A program made the translations under genes and the position numbers. From an uncultured Candidatus Berkelbacteria bacterium (GTDB lineage: Bacteria; Patescibacteriota; UBA1384; CAILIB01), in NCBI GenBank assembly GCA_903834195.1, contig CAILIB010000029.1, positions 7,715 through 71,714 on the forward strand: a DNA stretch of 64,000 bases, in the 5' to 3' direction. Positions 37,479 through 47,329 of the stretch are shown here, in pieces (position 1 is the stretch's first letter; each line of letters starts with the position of its first letter). The notes beneath the pieces are model-generated. The model did no database searches and was not told the origin of the DNA. It was given only the letters and a program-made list of their open reading frames with translations.

Positions 37479-38018
37479 TTACCGAATATCGATACTTAGT
37501 GCTTGAATAACACCATTACTATCTGGATTACCAGAAACGACCAATATATCACCTACTTGGAGATCAGATTGTTTCGCAATAACACCTGCTTTGTAGTACG
37601 AGGTTGAACTCGTTACTGCAACTGTCTCATCGGTACCACGTACGTGAACTGTAAGCGTATTACCATCAATCTTTGTCAGGGCTCCGAGAGTACCTCGTGC
37701 AGCTGATCCATGCACCGAGCCACGACCCATTGCACCACGCCTACCCATCATTCCACCCTGAATACCTGGCTGACCACCACCTGGACCTGCCTGCATCATA
37801 CCTTGAGCGTATCCACCAGAATATGCACGATCACGGCGCATCATACGGCCATGAACCGCTACTGTGGCAACGCAAGCCACTATAACGATTACTCCAACAC
37901 CTGTAATAATCATCCAGGGCGAACTCCACATTCGAACTGGTCGAACAGGATTCACCGATTCTGTAGCATTTTTAGTTTCTTCTTTTCCACTTTCTTCTGT
38001 GTGTTCCATATAATTCAT
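37479..38018 (-). CDS. Membrane-anchored Gly/Met-rich protein with DUF5666-like OB domain
   Basis: TM helix, GMM repeats, G..TKIDGNTLTV...SDLQVGDILVVSG. Confidence 0.65.
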   Translation of the reverse strand: MNYMEHTEESGKEETKNATESVNPVRPVRMWSSPWMIITGVGVIVIVACVATVAVHGRMMRRDRAYSGGYAQGMMQAGPGGGQPGIQGGMMGRRGAMGRGSVHGSAARGTLGALTKIDGNTLTVHVRGTDETVAVTSSTSYYKAGVIAKQSDLQVGDILVVSGNPDSNGVIQALSIDIR

Positions 38019-38109
38019 TACGAGTATTCAAAATGAAAGTACAGAGCTATCCTGAGAAATGACTTAGAGCCCGTTGCCTTCGCGCAAATCATCCTCCATA
38101 CTCACTACT

Positions 38110-38541
38110 ATGCACGTCAAAATAAAACAATTTGATATCACCCTACCACTGCCGAAGTACCAGTCAAAAGGCGCTGCCTGTGTGGATTTATGTGCCCGCC
38201 TAGAAACTAAAATTGAAGCTAAGTCGATTGGGTATATTCCTCTCAATATTGCCCTTGAGATTCCTGAAGGGTACTGGGTTCTGCTTGCTGCTCGTAGTTC
38301 AACCCACAAAACTGGTCTTATGCCCGCAAATGGCATCGGTATCATCGACTGGGATTTTCACGGTGATAACGATGAGTACTTCTTCCCGGTCTACAATTTC
38401 ACCGATACCGAAGTAACAATAGAACGCGGTCAGCGCATCGCCCAACTCATTATCTCAAAGTATGAAAAGATTGAATTTGAAGTAGTAGAACACCTTGAGG
38501 GCGAGGATCGAGGCAAATTTGGTTCAACTGGGCACAAGTAG
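38110..38541 (+). CDS. dut: dUTP diphosphatase (trimeric)
   Basis: AACVDL, ARSS, GIIDWDFHG, RIAQL, RGKFGSTG. Confidence 0.93.
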   Translation: MHVKIKQFDITLPLPKYQSKGAACVDLCARLETKIEAKSIGYIPLNIALEIPEGYWVLLAARSSTHKTGLMPANGIGIIDWDFHGDNDEYFFPVYNFTDTEVTIERGQRIAQLIISKYEKIEFEVVEHLEGEDRGKFGSTGHK

Positions 38542-38588
38542 GGAATCCCTGAACACTTTAGTGGTACAATAATAGAGATAAAAACCAC

Positions 38589-39506
38589 ATGAAGAAGAAC
38601 CTCAAAGTTATCTTTGGAATCTTGATTGGCACCCTAACCGTTGCCCTCTTTGTTGGTATTCTGCGCAATTCCAACTTTGAAGTACTCAACCCGGCTGGGA
38701 TGATTGCGACTAAAGAGCGCAACTTAATGTCACTAGCTGCAATTTTAATGCTCGTAGTGGCAATTCCAGTTTTTGTCATGACATTTACAATTGCCTGGAA
38801 GTACCGCGCCAGCAACACCAAGGCAACCTACCAACCAAATTGGGACCATAACACCTTGGCCGAGGTTATTTGGTGGGGCATCCCATGTATCATCATCGCC
38901 ATACTAAGTGTTGTAACCTGGAACAGTTCTCACGAGCTTGATCCGAGCCAATCTATCGTATCTTCAAAAGCACCAATTACTATCCAAGTAGTCGCACTGC
39001 AATGGAAGTGGCTATTTATATATCCAGAACAGGGTATTGCCACAGTTAACTACCTCGAATTTCCAGAAAACACTCCTGTACATTTTGAAGTTACGTCTGA
39101 TGCACCGATGAACGCCTTTTGGATTCCACAGCTTGGAAGCCAAATCTACGCCATGCCAGGTATGTCGATGCCACTTCACTTAATTGCTGACAAAACCGGA
39201 AGTTACGATGGCCTTTCTGCAAACATTAGCGGCGCCGGGTTTGCTGGAATGAAGTTCAAGGCCACTTCTGCATCTGCTGCAGACTTTAATAGCTGGGTAG
39301 AATCTGTGCAACAATCCCCTGATGCACTCACCTCATACAGCTACACAACGCTAGCCGAGCCAACTATTAACACCCCACCAACTTCCTTTGCCTCTGTTCC
39401 TGGTGGACTCTACAACCAAATCGTTATGAAATACGTCATGCCAATGCGAGCGCTTGATGATGCATCATTGAACGGCATGATTATGAACAACAATCACATC
39501 CAATGA
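38589..39506 (+). CDS. cyoA: Cytochrome bo3 quinol oxidase subunit II
   Basis: [34 protein letters not shown] (no CuA cysteines). Confidence 0.95.
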   Translation: MKKNLKVIFGILIGTLTVALFVGILRNSNFEVLNPAGMIATKERNLMSLAAILMLVVAIPVFVMTFTIAWKYRASNTKATYQPNWDHNTLAEVIWWGIPCIIIAILSVVTWNSSHELDPSQSIVSSKAPITIQVVALQWKWLFIYPEQGIATVNYLEFPENTPVHFEVTSDAPMNAFWIPQLGSQIYAMPGMSMPLHLIADKTGSYDGLSANISGAGFAGMKFKATSASAADFNSWVESVQQSPDALTSYSYTTLAEPTINTPPTSFASVPGGLYNQIVMKYVMPMRALDDASLNGMIMNNNHIQ

Positions 39507-41470
39507 ACGTACTTTTCGGCAACCTCACACTTTCTGCCTTTCAACACGACCCAGTTCAACTTGGTGGTGTAGTGTTCATGTTCTTGGGCATTATTGGCGT
39601 ACTCGGGCTGATCACATATTTAAAACGCTGGAAGTGGATTTGGACTGAATGGGTTACAACCACCGACCACAAAAAGATCGGTGTCATGTACATCATTATT
39701 GCGGTTGTCATGTTACTGCGTGGGTTAATGGACGCCTCAATACTCCGATTACAACAGGTTTTATCGGTCGGAAGCTCAAACGGAGTACTTACCTCTGACC
39801 ACTTCCAACAGATTGTCACTGCACACGGCACGATTATGATTTTCTTCGTGGCTATGGGACTTCTCTTTGGAATCATAAATTTGGTCGTCCCACTTCAGAT
39901 TGGTGCGCGTGATGTTGCCTTTCCATTCTTGAATTCAACCAGTTTCTGGCTCTATGCATTGGGAGCCGTGCTGATTAATATGTCACTATTCGTGGGAGAA
40001 TTCGCCGCAACTGGATGGCTCGCCTACCCACCTCTTTCTGAACTCGCCTACAGCCCAGGCGTCGGTGTCGATTATTATATTTGGGCACTGCAGATCTCTG
40101 GCGTAGGCAGCCTACTCTCAGGTGTAAACTTCCTCGTCACCATTTTCAAAATGCGCTGTCAGGGGATGAGTCTGATGAAAATGCCTATGTTCGTTTGGTC
40201 GGTAATCGGTAGCATGAGCCTGGTTGTATTCGCCTTTCCAATCCTTACAGCCACATTAGCAATGCTCTCACTCGATCGTTTCTTCGGAATGCACTTCTTT
40301 ACCGCCGGTATGGGTGGCAATCCAATGATGTACGTTAATCTGATCTGGGCATGGGGACATCCTGAGGTGTATATTCTCGTTCTTCCAGCTTTTGGAATCT
40401 TCTCAGAAATTGTCGCCACCTTTTCGCAAAAACGACTCTTCGGCTACAAGTCGATGGTTTGGGCAATTATGTCGATTACCTTCCTCTCGTTTGTAGTTTG
40501 GCTACACCACTTCTTCACCATGGGAGCCGGCGCCGATGTGAACTCGTTCTTCGGTATTATGACGATGATTATTGCAATTCCTACAGGTGTAAAGGTATTT
40601 AACTGGCTCTTCACGATGTACCGTGGACGGGTTCATTTTACTACGCCAATGCTCTGGTTCTTGGGCTTTGTTACTACCTTTACTATTGGTGGAATGACCG
40701 GTGTTCTCATGGCCTCTCCTCCTGCTGATTTCCAACTACATAACAGCCTGTTTCTAGTCGCCCACTTTCACAACATGATTATTGGCGGTGTTGTCTTTGG
40801 CTTCTTCGCTGGCATTACGTATTGGTTTCCTAAGTACTTTGGCTTTAAACTCAACGAAAAAATTGGCGCCTATGCCTTCTGGTGCTGGATTGTCGGCTTC
40901 CTCCTTGCCTTTGTCCCGCTCTATATCCTCGGTCTAATGGGTGCTACGCGACGCCTTGATCACTATGACCCATCAATGGGATGGCAGGGGCTGTTCATTG
41001 TTTCTGGAGTTGGATTGATGATTATTTTCCTCGGTGTAGCTCTGCAAATTCTTCAATTCGCAGTTAGCATCTGGCAACGCAAACAGAATCGTGACCTCAC
41101 TGGTGATCTATGGAACGGTCGCACACTCGAGTGGTCCACCACATCTCCACCACCTCATTACAACTTTGCAATTCTTCCTGTAGTCGAAGATCGAGATCCA
41201 TTCTGGGTAGCTAAAGAAAAAGGCGCCCCACTTACTTCACGGCATTATGAAGATATCGTTATGCCGAAGAATACCCCACTGGGACTGTATATCGCTACCT
41301 TCGCCTTCTTGTTTGGTTTTGCAATGGTTTGGCATATGACCTGGCTGGCAATCGTAGGAGTAATTGGAGTAATTACCGTTCTGGCCATTCGTTCGTTTGA
41401 TGACGATACTCATTACACTATTACAGCTGCCGAAGTTGCCCATATTGAATCAGGAGCACACCATGAGTAA
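39503..41470 (+). CDS. cyoB: Cytochrome bo3 quinol oxidase subunit I
   Basis: DHKKIG, RG..D quinol site, TAHG, WGHPEVY, WLHH, HFH. Confidence 0.97.
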   Translation: MNVLFGNLTLSAFQHDPVQLGGVVFMFLGIIGVLGLITYLKRWKWIWTEWVTTTDHKKIGVMYIIIAVVMLLRGLMDASILRLQQVLSVGSSNGVLTSDHFQQIVTAHGTIMIFFVAMGLLFGIINLVVPLQIGARDVAFPFLNSTSFWLYALGAVLINMSLFVGEFAATGWLAYPPLSELAYSPGVGVDYYIWALQISGVGSLLSGVNFLVTIFKMRCQGMSLMKMPMFVWSVIGSMSLVVFAFPILTATLAMLSLDRFFGMHFFTAGMGGNPMMYVNLIWAWGHPEVYILVLPAFGIFSEIVATFSQKRLFGYKSMVWAIMSITFLSFVVWLHHFFTMGAGADVNSFFGIMTMIIAIPTGVKVFNWLFTMYRGRVHFTTPMLWFLGFVTTFTIGGMTGVLMASPPADFQLHNSLFLVAHFHNMIIGGVVFGFFAGITYWFPKYFGFKLNEKIGAYAFWCWIVGFLLAFVPLYILGLMGATRRLDHYDPSMGWQGLFIVSGVGLMIIFLGVALQILQFAVSIWQRKQNRDLTGDLWNGRTLEWSTTSPPPHYNFAILPVVEDRDPFWVAKEKGAPLTSRHYEDIVMPKNTPLGLYIATFAFLFGFAMVWHMTWLAIVGVIGVITVLAIRSFDDDTHYTITAAEVAHIESGAHHE

Positions 41471-42038
41471 GGTTCTACACCAACCAGAAGGAACGCTAAA
41501 ATTTGGCTTCTGGGTCTATCTAATGACTGACTGCGTCCTCTTCGCCAGCTTCTTCGCAACATACATCGTCCTCCGTAATAACACCTTTGGTGGACCTGCA
41601 GGACACGATATTTTCAACCTCAATTACGTTCTCGTTGAAACTATTATCTTGCTCATCAGTAGTTTTACTTCTGGACTAGCAATGTTAGCCGTGCAAAACA
41701 AAGAAAAGGGTCAGGCACTGATGCTTTTCGGTGTTACACTTCTCCTTGGTCTTACGTTTCTCTTCATGGAAGTAAGCGAGTTCCGAAATCTCATCGCCGA
41801 TGGTAACGGACCTGCTCGCAGTGGATTTCTTTCAAGTTACTTCTCTCTGGTTGGACTTCACGGTCTTCACATTGCCGCAGGTTCAATTGCCATGGCTATT
41901 GGCATGTTCCAGATTATGAAGAAAGGTCTCACTGAAAGCATTTCCGAACGACTCAACTGTCTGAGTCTATTTTGGCACTTCCTTGATATCATCTGGATCT
42001 TCATTTTCACCATTGTGTACCTAATGGGAGCACTCTAA
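41463..42038 (+). CDS. cyoC: Cytochrome bo3 quinol oxidase subunit III
   Basis: [26 protein letters not shown]. Confidence 0.95.
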   Translation: MSKVLHQPEGTLKFGFWVYLMTDCVLFASFFATYIVLRNNTFGGPAGHDIFNLNYVLVETIILLISSFTSGLAMLAVQNKEKGQALMLFGVTLLLGLTFLFMEVSEFRNLIADGNGPARSGFLSSYFSLVGLHGLHIAAGSIAMAIGMFQIMKKGLTESISERLNCLSLFWHFLDIIWIFIFTIVYLMGAL

Positions 42039-42400
42039 TGCCACACACTCCGCACACCCACTCTGAACACGGTAACCTTCATTCCTACCAACTTGGCTTT
42101 GTACTCTCAATTGGCCTGACCATTGCAGCGTTTTACATCGTAACAAATCACCTCTTTAGTACGAATGGAATCATTGCCAGTATCTTCGGATTAGCCGTTG
42201 TGCAACTTGTGGTTCAACTAGTCTTCTTCCTTCACCTCGATAAAGAATCCAAACCTCGGATGAACTTAATGGCATTTCTCTTTGCTCTCATGGTTGTACT
42301 TATTATTGTTGGAGGTTCACTCTGGGTGATGTACCACATGAACTACACCATGACCCCTTCTGAGATGAACAACTATATGGTTGGCCAAGAAGGACTATAA
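42038..42400 (+). CDS. cyoD: Cytochrome bo3 quinol oxidase subunit IV
   Basis: GFVLSIGLT, QLVVQLVFFLH, GSLWVM. Confidence 0.93.
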   Translation: MPHTPHTHSEHGNLHSYQLGFVLSIGLTIAAFYIVTNHLFSTNGIIASIFGLAVVQLVVQLVFFLHLDKESKPRMNLMAFLFALMVVLIIVGGSLWVMYHMNYTMTPSEMNNYMVGQEGL

Positions 42401-42408
42401 ACACCGGT

Positions 42409-43272
42409 TTGAGCAAGCTTTTCAAACAGTATTACGTACTGACTAAGCCGGGCATTATCTACGGCAACTCTATTGCTGTAATTGGTGGCTTTTTTCTGGC
42501 TGAACGTGGTCATTTTAACCTACAGCTTTTTTTGGCTACTCTTTTGGGCAGTGCATTAATTATGGCATCAGCCTGCGTGTTCAATAATTACATCGACCGA
42601 GATATTGATGTGCTAATGAAACGCACCAAAATACGCGCACTTGTCACCGGCGAAGTTACCACACTTAGTGCACTAGTATATGCCAGTATTCTCGGAATAC
42701 TCGGTGTAACCAGCTTAATCGTTTTCACAAACTACCTAACAACACTCATAGGTATCATCGGATTCATAACCTACGTGATTATCTATGGCTGGTGGAAGCG
42801 TCGTTCAGCCTTCGGAACTATTATTGGTAGCATCGCTGGAGCCGTGCCACCACTCGCCGGATATACTGCAGTAACTAATCACCTCGACATTGGTGCGGTG
42901 CTCGTTTTTCTCATCATGGTACTTTGGCAAATGCCTCACTTTTACTCCATTGCCATCTTCCGCCGAGATGATTACACACATGCCTCTATTCCGGTACTGC
43001 CAGTCTCGCGTGGCGTTGAAACAACTAAGCGTCATATCCTTGCGTATCTAATTGCATACTTGCTTGTAAGCCCTCTCCTTACGCTCTTCGGGTACACGGG
43101 CTACACATACGCCGCCGCAGTACTTTTAATGAGCATGCTTTGGCTCTGGCGGTACTATAGTGGGCTTCATACTACCGATGCCAAATTATGGGCACGTAAA
43201 CTCTTTACGACCTCCTTGATTGTCATGCTTATCTCGAGCGTTATGCTTTGCCTCGGTCCAGTGTTACCATAG
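42409..43272 (+). CDS. cyoE: Heme o synthase (protoheme IX farnesyltransferase)
   Basis: LTKPGI, NNYIDRDID..M.RT..R, WQMPHF. Confidence 0.95.
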   Translation: MSKLFKQYYVLTKPGIIYGNSIAVIGGFFLAERGHFNLQLFLATLLGSALIMASACVFNNYIDRDIDVLMKRTKIRALVTGEVTTLSALVYASILGILGVTSLIVFTNYLTTLIGIIGFITYVIIYGWWKRRSAFGTIIGSIAGAVPPLAGYTAVTNHLDIGAVLVFLIMVLWQMPHFYSIAIFRRDDYTHASIPVLPVSRGVETTKRHILAYLIAYLLVSPLLTLFGYTGYTYAAAVLLMSMLWLWRYYSGLHTTDAKLWARKLFTTSLIVMLISSVMLCLGPVLP

Positions 43273-43294
43273 TAGTATGTAATTAATCTTTATT

Positions 43295-43552
43295 ATGCTT
43301 TTGATACTCCACATCGCTATTGCCCTTTCTAGCCTCGGATACACAACGTATCTATACAACACACCGTCGCGCGCAGGTGTTAACACCGCCCTGACACTCG
43401 TTGGAACAACACTTGTAAGTGGTACCGCACTTGTTGCCGTAACACACAGCAACATCCTCTCAACCTGTGTAACTGGATTAGTGTACCTTGGCGCTGTTTC
43501 ATTCGGAATTGTTGCAGCTCGTGGCAAACTCTCCAAAGCGCTCAACCAGTAA
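43295..43552 (+). CDS. Small three-TM membrane protein
   Basis: Hydrophobic 85-aa ORF (LHIAIALSS...SGT.LV). Confidence 0.6.
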   Translation: MLLILHIAIALSSLGYTTYLYNTPSRAGVNTALTLVGTTLVSGTALVAVTHSNILSTCVTGLVYLGAVSFGIVAARGKLSKALNQ

Positions 43553-44915
43553 GCGCGAACCTTTTTCTCGGAAGAAGAAGGTACTGATCGGGTGCCTTAT
43601 CTTTATTGTATTTGCAGCTTTTTTTCCGTTACCGGGAAAGTCAGCATTTCCTACACTTGATACCAGTCATTTTATGGCATTTCCAGATGGCTTTCTTTGG
43701 GGTGCTGCCACTGCATCTCACCAGGTTGAAGGCAACGATACCAGCGACTGGACACGTTGGGAAAAAGCAAATTCATCTCGCCTCTCCAGCATCTCCCCAA
43801 GTGTGTGGGGAAATTTGCCCAACTGGTCGAACATTTCTGGTCAAGCGACTGATCCTGCTAACTACATCTCCGGCAAAGCTGATGATGAGTATAATTTGTA
43901 CCCCACCGATATTGGCCTTGCCCACAGCCTCGACATGAACACGTATAGGTTCTCAATCGAGTGGTCACGGATTGAGCCAAGCGAAGGCGTGTTTGACGAC
44001 GCAGCTATCCAACATTACAAAGACGAGGTTGCACTCTTAAAAAGTGATCAGATGACACCCTTTGTCACACTCTGGCACTGGACACTTCCAACCTGGTTGG
44101 CAGATAAAGGTGGCTGGGAAAGTCCCGATTCTACCCGCTTCTTTACCGAGTATGTGCAAAAGGTTGTGCAAAACCTGGGGACAGATGTTCAGTTTTGGGT
44201 GACGCTTAACGAGCCGCAAGTGTATACCGCAAACTCATACCTAACCGGCATATGGACACCTCAAAAAAAGAATCCGATTACGGCAATTTCGGTATACAAA
44301 ACACTTATTTCTGCCCACCAATCAGCCTATACAGCGATTAAGGCAATTAATCCGGCGGCACAAGTTGGCATTGCCAGTCACAACATCGATTTTGACGCCT
44401 ACAACAACACCCTCCTCAACCAGTTTATCGCCGGGCAATCGAACTACTGGTGGAATGAGTACTTCCTCAATCAAATTCAAAATTACGACGATTATATTGG
44501 CGTAAATTTTTACTTTCGCCATACCCTTAACCTTGGCATGGAAGTATCAAACGGCGGTGCAAAAAATGATCTAGGCTGGGAACTAAGTCCTGAAGGAATT
44601 TATCCGGTATTGATGAATTTAAAAACCTATAATAAGCCCATCTTCATCACCGAGAATGGCCTCGCCGATTCACAGGATACTCAGCGAGCCAATTATCTTA
44701 AAACTACGCTGGAGTATGTTCACCAAGCGATTCAGGATGGCGCCAACGTGCGCGGGTACATGCACTGGGCCCTGATTGATAACTTTGAATGGTCAAGTGG
44801 GTTCTGGCCTCGATTTGGCCTCATTGCCGTAGATTATTCCACTGAAGCTCGCACGATTCGCCCGAGTGCACAGGTGTATGCCAGCTTTATTAAAGCCAAT
44901 GGAATCCAACCGTAA
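43488..44915 (+). CDS. Glycoside hydrolase family 1 (beta-glucosidase); start uncertain
   Basis: FLWGAATASHQVEG, YRFSIEWSRI, TLNEP acid/base, ITENG nucleophile, DNFEW. Confidence 0.93.
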   Translation: MALFHSELLQLVANSPKRSTSKREPFSRKKKVLIGCLIFIVFAAFFPLPGKSAFPTLDTSHFMAFPDGFLWGAATASHQVEGNDTSDWTRWEKANSSRLSSISPSVWGNLPNWSNISGQATDPANYISGKADDEYNLYPTDIGLAHSLDMNTYRFSIEWSRIEPSEGVFDDAAIQHYKDEVALLKSDQMTPFVTLWHWTLPTWLADKGGWESPDSTRFFTEYVQKVVQNLGTDVQFWVTLNEPQVYTANSYLTGIWTPQKKNPITAISVYKTLISAHQSAYTAIKAINPAAQVGIASHNIDFDAYNNTLLNQFIAGQSNYWWNEYFLNQIQNYDDYIGVNFYFRHTLNLGMEVSNGGAKNDLGWELSPEGIYPVLMNLKTYNKPIFITENGLADSQDTQRANYLKTTLEYVHQAIQDGANVRGYMHWALIDNFEWSSGFWPRFGLIAVDYSTEARTIRPSAQVYASFIKANGIQP

Positions 44916-44957
44916 GATGGCTCTTTTGTAATTGAAAAATTGCTGGTAGCATAGATA

Positions 44958-45268
44958 CACGATCAAATAAAAATTGGTCAGAAACACCTGAAGGGGAAGG
45001 AGGGTTTGATTTTCTTCATGGTAGGCATCGAACGACACGGACGGCGTCCACGTGACGCACCTACACGTCGAAGGCTACTCGACGTATTCGGCTTTTGCCG
45101 AACCGACCCTAACAAGGTCATCGATCGCATTCGAGTCTTGTGCTCGAATGGACTATGCAATTCAATCACTGGGCCGAACTGTTTCTCTGCGATACCAAAT
45201 GGTTAGTGGAGTGATCCAGTGAACCTAACCCCGACCGTCTCACTCGAAACGGCCGGGGTGGTTTTTAT
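44958..45268 (+). ncRNA. Candidate hairpin-dense non-coding RNA (alternatively the 66-aa ORF 45006-45206)
   Basis: Extended -10 TGGTAGCAT at 44944-44952, at least eight consecutive stems, terminator 45228-45266. Confidence 0.5.
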
Positions 45269-45313
45269 TTAGAGTAAAAAAATTGGGGCCCACCTGCTGG
45301 CGAGCCCACATGA

Positions 45314-45874
45314 CTAGTTCCTTCGAGATAATTCTTCGAAGTACATACGATACATTTCATTGACGATAATCGGAATGTTAAACCTGTTGGAACACATTCC
45401 TTGAACAGCCTTTTCAAGGGCCTTCTTCGGATTAGTCTTTGGCTCGCTGAGTGCAATAAACAGCTCTGCAATCCGCTCAGCCGATCTACTACAGGTGCAG
45501 GCAGTCTCAATACACTGATCTACAACGTAGTCATCAAGAACAGATTTAAGTTCATCGAGCGTTGGAAACATACTCCCAACAGACCATTTAATAATCCCTG
45601 TTTCTTTTGACTTTTTGTACCTACCTTTTGGCGTACACACTTGAATTGCGCCCTCTCGCTCAATCAACCGTACGACATAACGATATGTCGATTCATGACC
45701 GGAGATTTTTGCTTTGAAATACGGCATCCCAAATGTGGGTTGAACTCGGGTAAATACAATAACCTGCTTAACCCCCTCACCACTCACGTGCTGATATCTT
45801 TCAGCTTTCCTCGGCCTTTTCCCAGCTGCCACATATGGCAATTGAGAAAGAGTATCCAAAAGCGACGAAGACAT
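45314..45874 (-). CDS. Hypothetical protein, probable paralog of 46660-47226
   Basis: GGAG SD before MSSSLLD; 186 aa; colinear shared motifs with 46660-47226. Confidence 0.7.
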   Translation of the reverse strand: MSSSLLDTLSQLPYVAAGKRPRKAERYQHVSGEGVKQVIVFTRVQPTFGMPYFKAKISGHESTYRYVVRLIEREGAIQVCTPKGRYKKSKETGIIKWSVGSMFPTLDELKSVLDDYVVDQCIETACTCSRSAERIAELFIALSEPKTNPKKALEKAVQGMCSNRFNIPIIVNEMYRMYFEELSRRN

Positions 45875-45946
45875 GAAATAACTCCTTCTAAATATTCGCC
45901 CCAAAGGGCATGCACTGGTTGTAGCAGAAAACAACCAAATAACCAA

Positions 45947-46588
45947 CTATTTACGGCCTTTTTGCCCAGTAAGTGTTCGATACAGCCAATCAGTTGGCTT
46001 CACAAGCAAATTCCACGTTTTGGTATCAATCGGAATAAAGTAAATGAGCGGACCAGCAATCAAAAAGGCTATTCCTAATCGAGGATTAATAAACGTAGCT
46101 CCAATCGCCAAAACATACATCACAACGGGCAAGAGGATCTTTGTTGCTACATTTCGTTTAAACTCCAAACTTGGTGCCTGAGTAAAAAATTCAGGGCGCA
46201 AAAGGGCGTAATGAATCGTATTAAAAATCATCAACCCACAAAGTGCTAAATCAGTTGCATACACCACCTGTGCCGTATGACTCAAGGGATGAGCACCCAA
46301 AAGACTTGCAACAAAAGGTACTAAACTTACTGGCAAGAAGAAGTAAATACTCCTCCAGACAAAGCTTAATGTAATCTCTTTTATCCTAGCTAAAAGCATG
46401 TGCTGAGCACTCCAGTAAATCGCCAATATAACAAAGCTAACTACTAAACTAAACAGCTTTGGCCACAAGGCAAAAACATCAGCACGCAAATTATCTGCAA
46501 GTTCAGGTACGTGCAAATCGAGAACTAAGAGGGTCATGGCAATGGCAAATATGCCATCAGCCAAACCTTCAATGCGGGATACTTTCAT
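45947..46588 (-). CDS. TMEM175 family potassium channel
   Basis: RIEGLADGIFAIAMTLLVL (RxxxFSDG-like), YW..H, about 6 TM helices. Confidence 0.88.
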   Translation of the reverse strand: MKVSRIEGLADGIFAIAMTLLVLDLHVPELADNLRADVFALWPKLFSLVVSFVILAIYWSAQHMLLARIKEITLSFVWRSIYFFLPVSLVPFVASLLGAHPLSHTAQVVYATDLALCGLMIFNTIHYALLRPEFFTQAPSLEFKRNVATKILLPVVMYVLAIGATFINPRLGIAFLIAGPLIYFIPIDTKTWNLLVKPTDWLYRTLTGQKGRK

Positions 46589-46659
46589 GAAAAAAGTATA
46601 TCACGGTAAAATTTGTCTGCATAAAAACGGGGCTCACCAATTGTGGCAAACCCCTAAAC

Positions 46660-47226
46660 TCATGTCGTTTTCTGTAGTTCATCGTAGTACAAGGTATGAA
46701 GCGTGATCACAGTGCTGTACACTCTCATAATCTGAGATTTTGACAGAGATTTTGTACACTCAGCAATAACATCTGTGCCATTGTTCAAAAAGTCGTTATT
46801 TCCTACGTAAATCTCAAGTAATCGCTGAACACTCTCACGCTCAATATGAGAAGAAATTCCTTTTTGAATATGCGTCTCAATAGCTTCACTTCCGAGCACC
46901 TCAATCAGCATTTGCAGTGTTGGTAATGATTCACCAGTTCGACACTCAATTTCCCAGCAACCTCCATCTTTTTTATAGTTAACCTCTAACCCTTCAGTTA
47001 AATACTGGGACAAACGAACAATAATATGGTGAATCCACTCATTGTCACCAACTACTATCGCCACAATTACGGGTTGCAAAAGTGGTATAACAGTGTGATA
47101 AAAGCGAGCAGAGCATTCACCAACTTCGTAGTCAAAAAAACAATCTGGACCAACCTCTCTTCCGAGAGGGATTATTGGCAGATTTATTAAGTTCTCAAAA
47201 TCCTTGTCTAAAATGGTACACCTCAC
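46660..47226 (-). CDS. Hypothetical protein, probable paralog of 45314-45874
   Basis: 188-codon ORF; GESLPTLQMLIEVL and LHTLYYDEL correspond to motifs in the paralog. Confidence 0.7.
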   Translation of the reverse strand: MRCTILDKDFENLINLPIIPLGREVGPDCFFDYEVGECSARFYHTVIPLLQPVIVAIVVGDNEWIHHIIVRLSQYLTEGLEVNYKKDGGCWEIECRTGESLPTLQMLIEVLGSEAIETHIQKGISSHIERESVQRLLEIYVGNNDFLNNGTDVIAECTKSLSKSQIMRVYSTVITLHTLYYDELQKTT

Positions 47227-47329
47227 AACAATTCAAAGAAACGAACATACCTTGTTCTACCAGAAAAGCATGGGATAAACCAATAAACACCCCTTGTAAC
47301 ACCCAGCAACCCACGGTACACTACATAGG

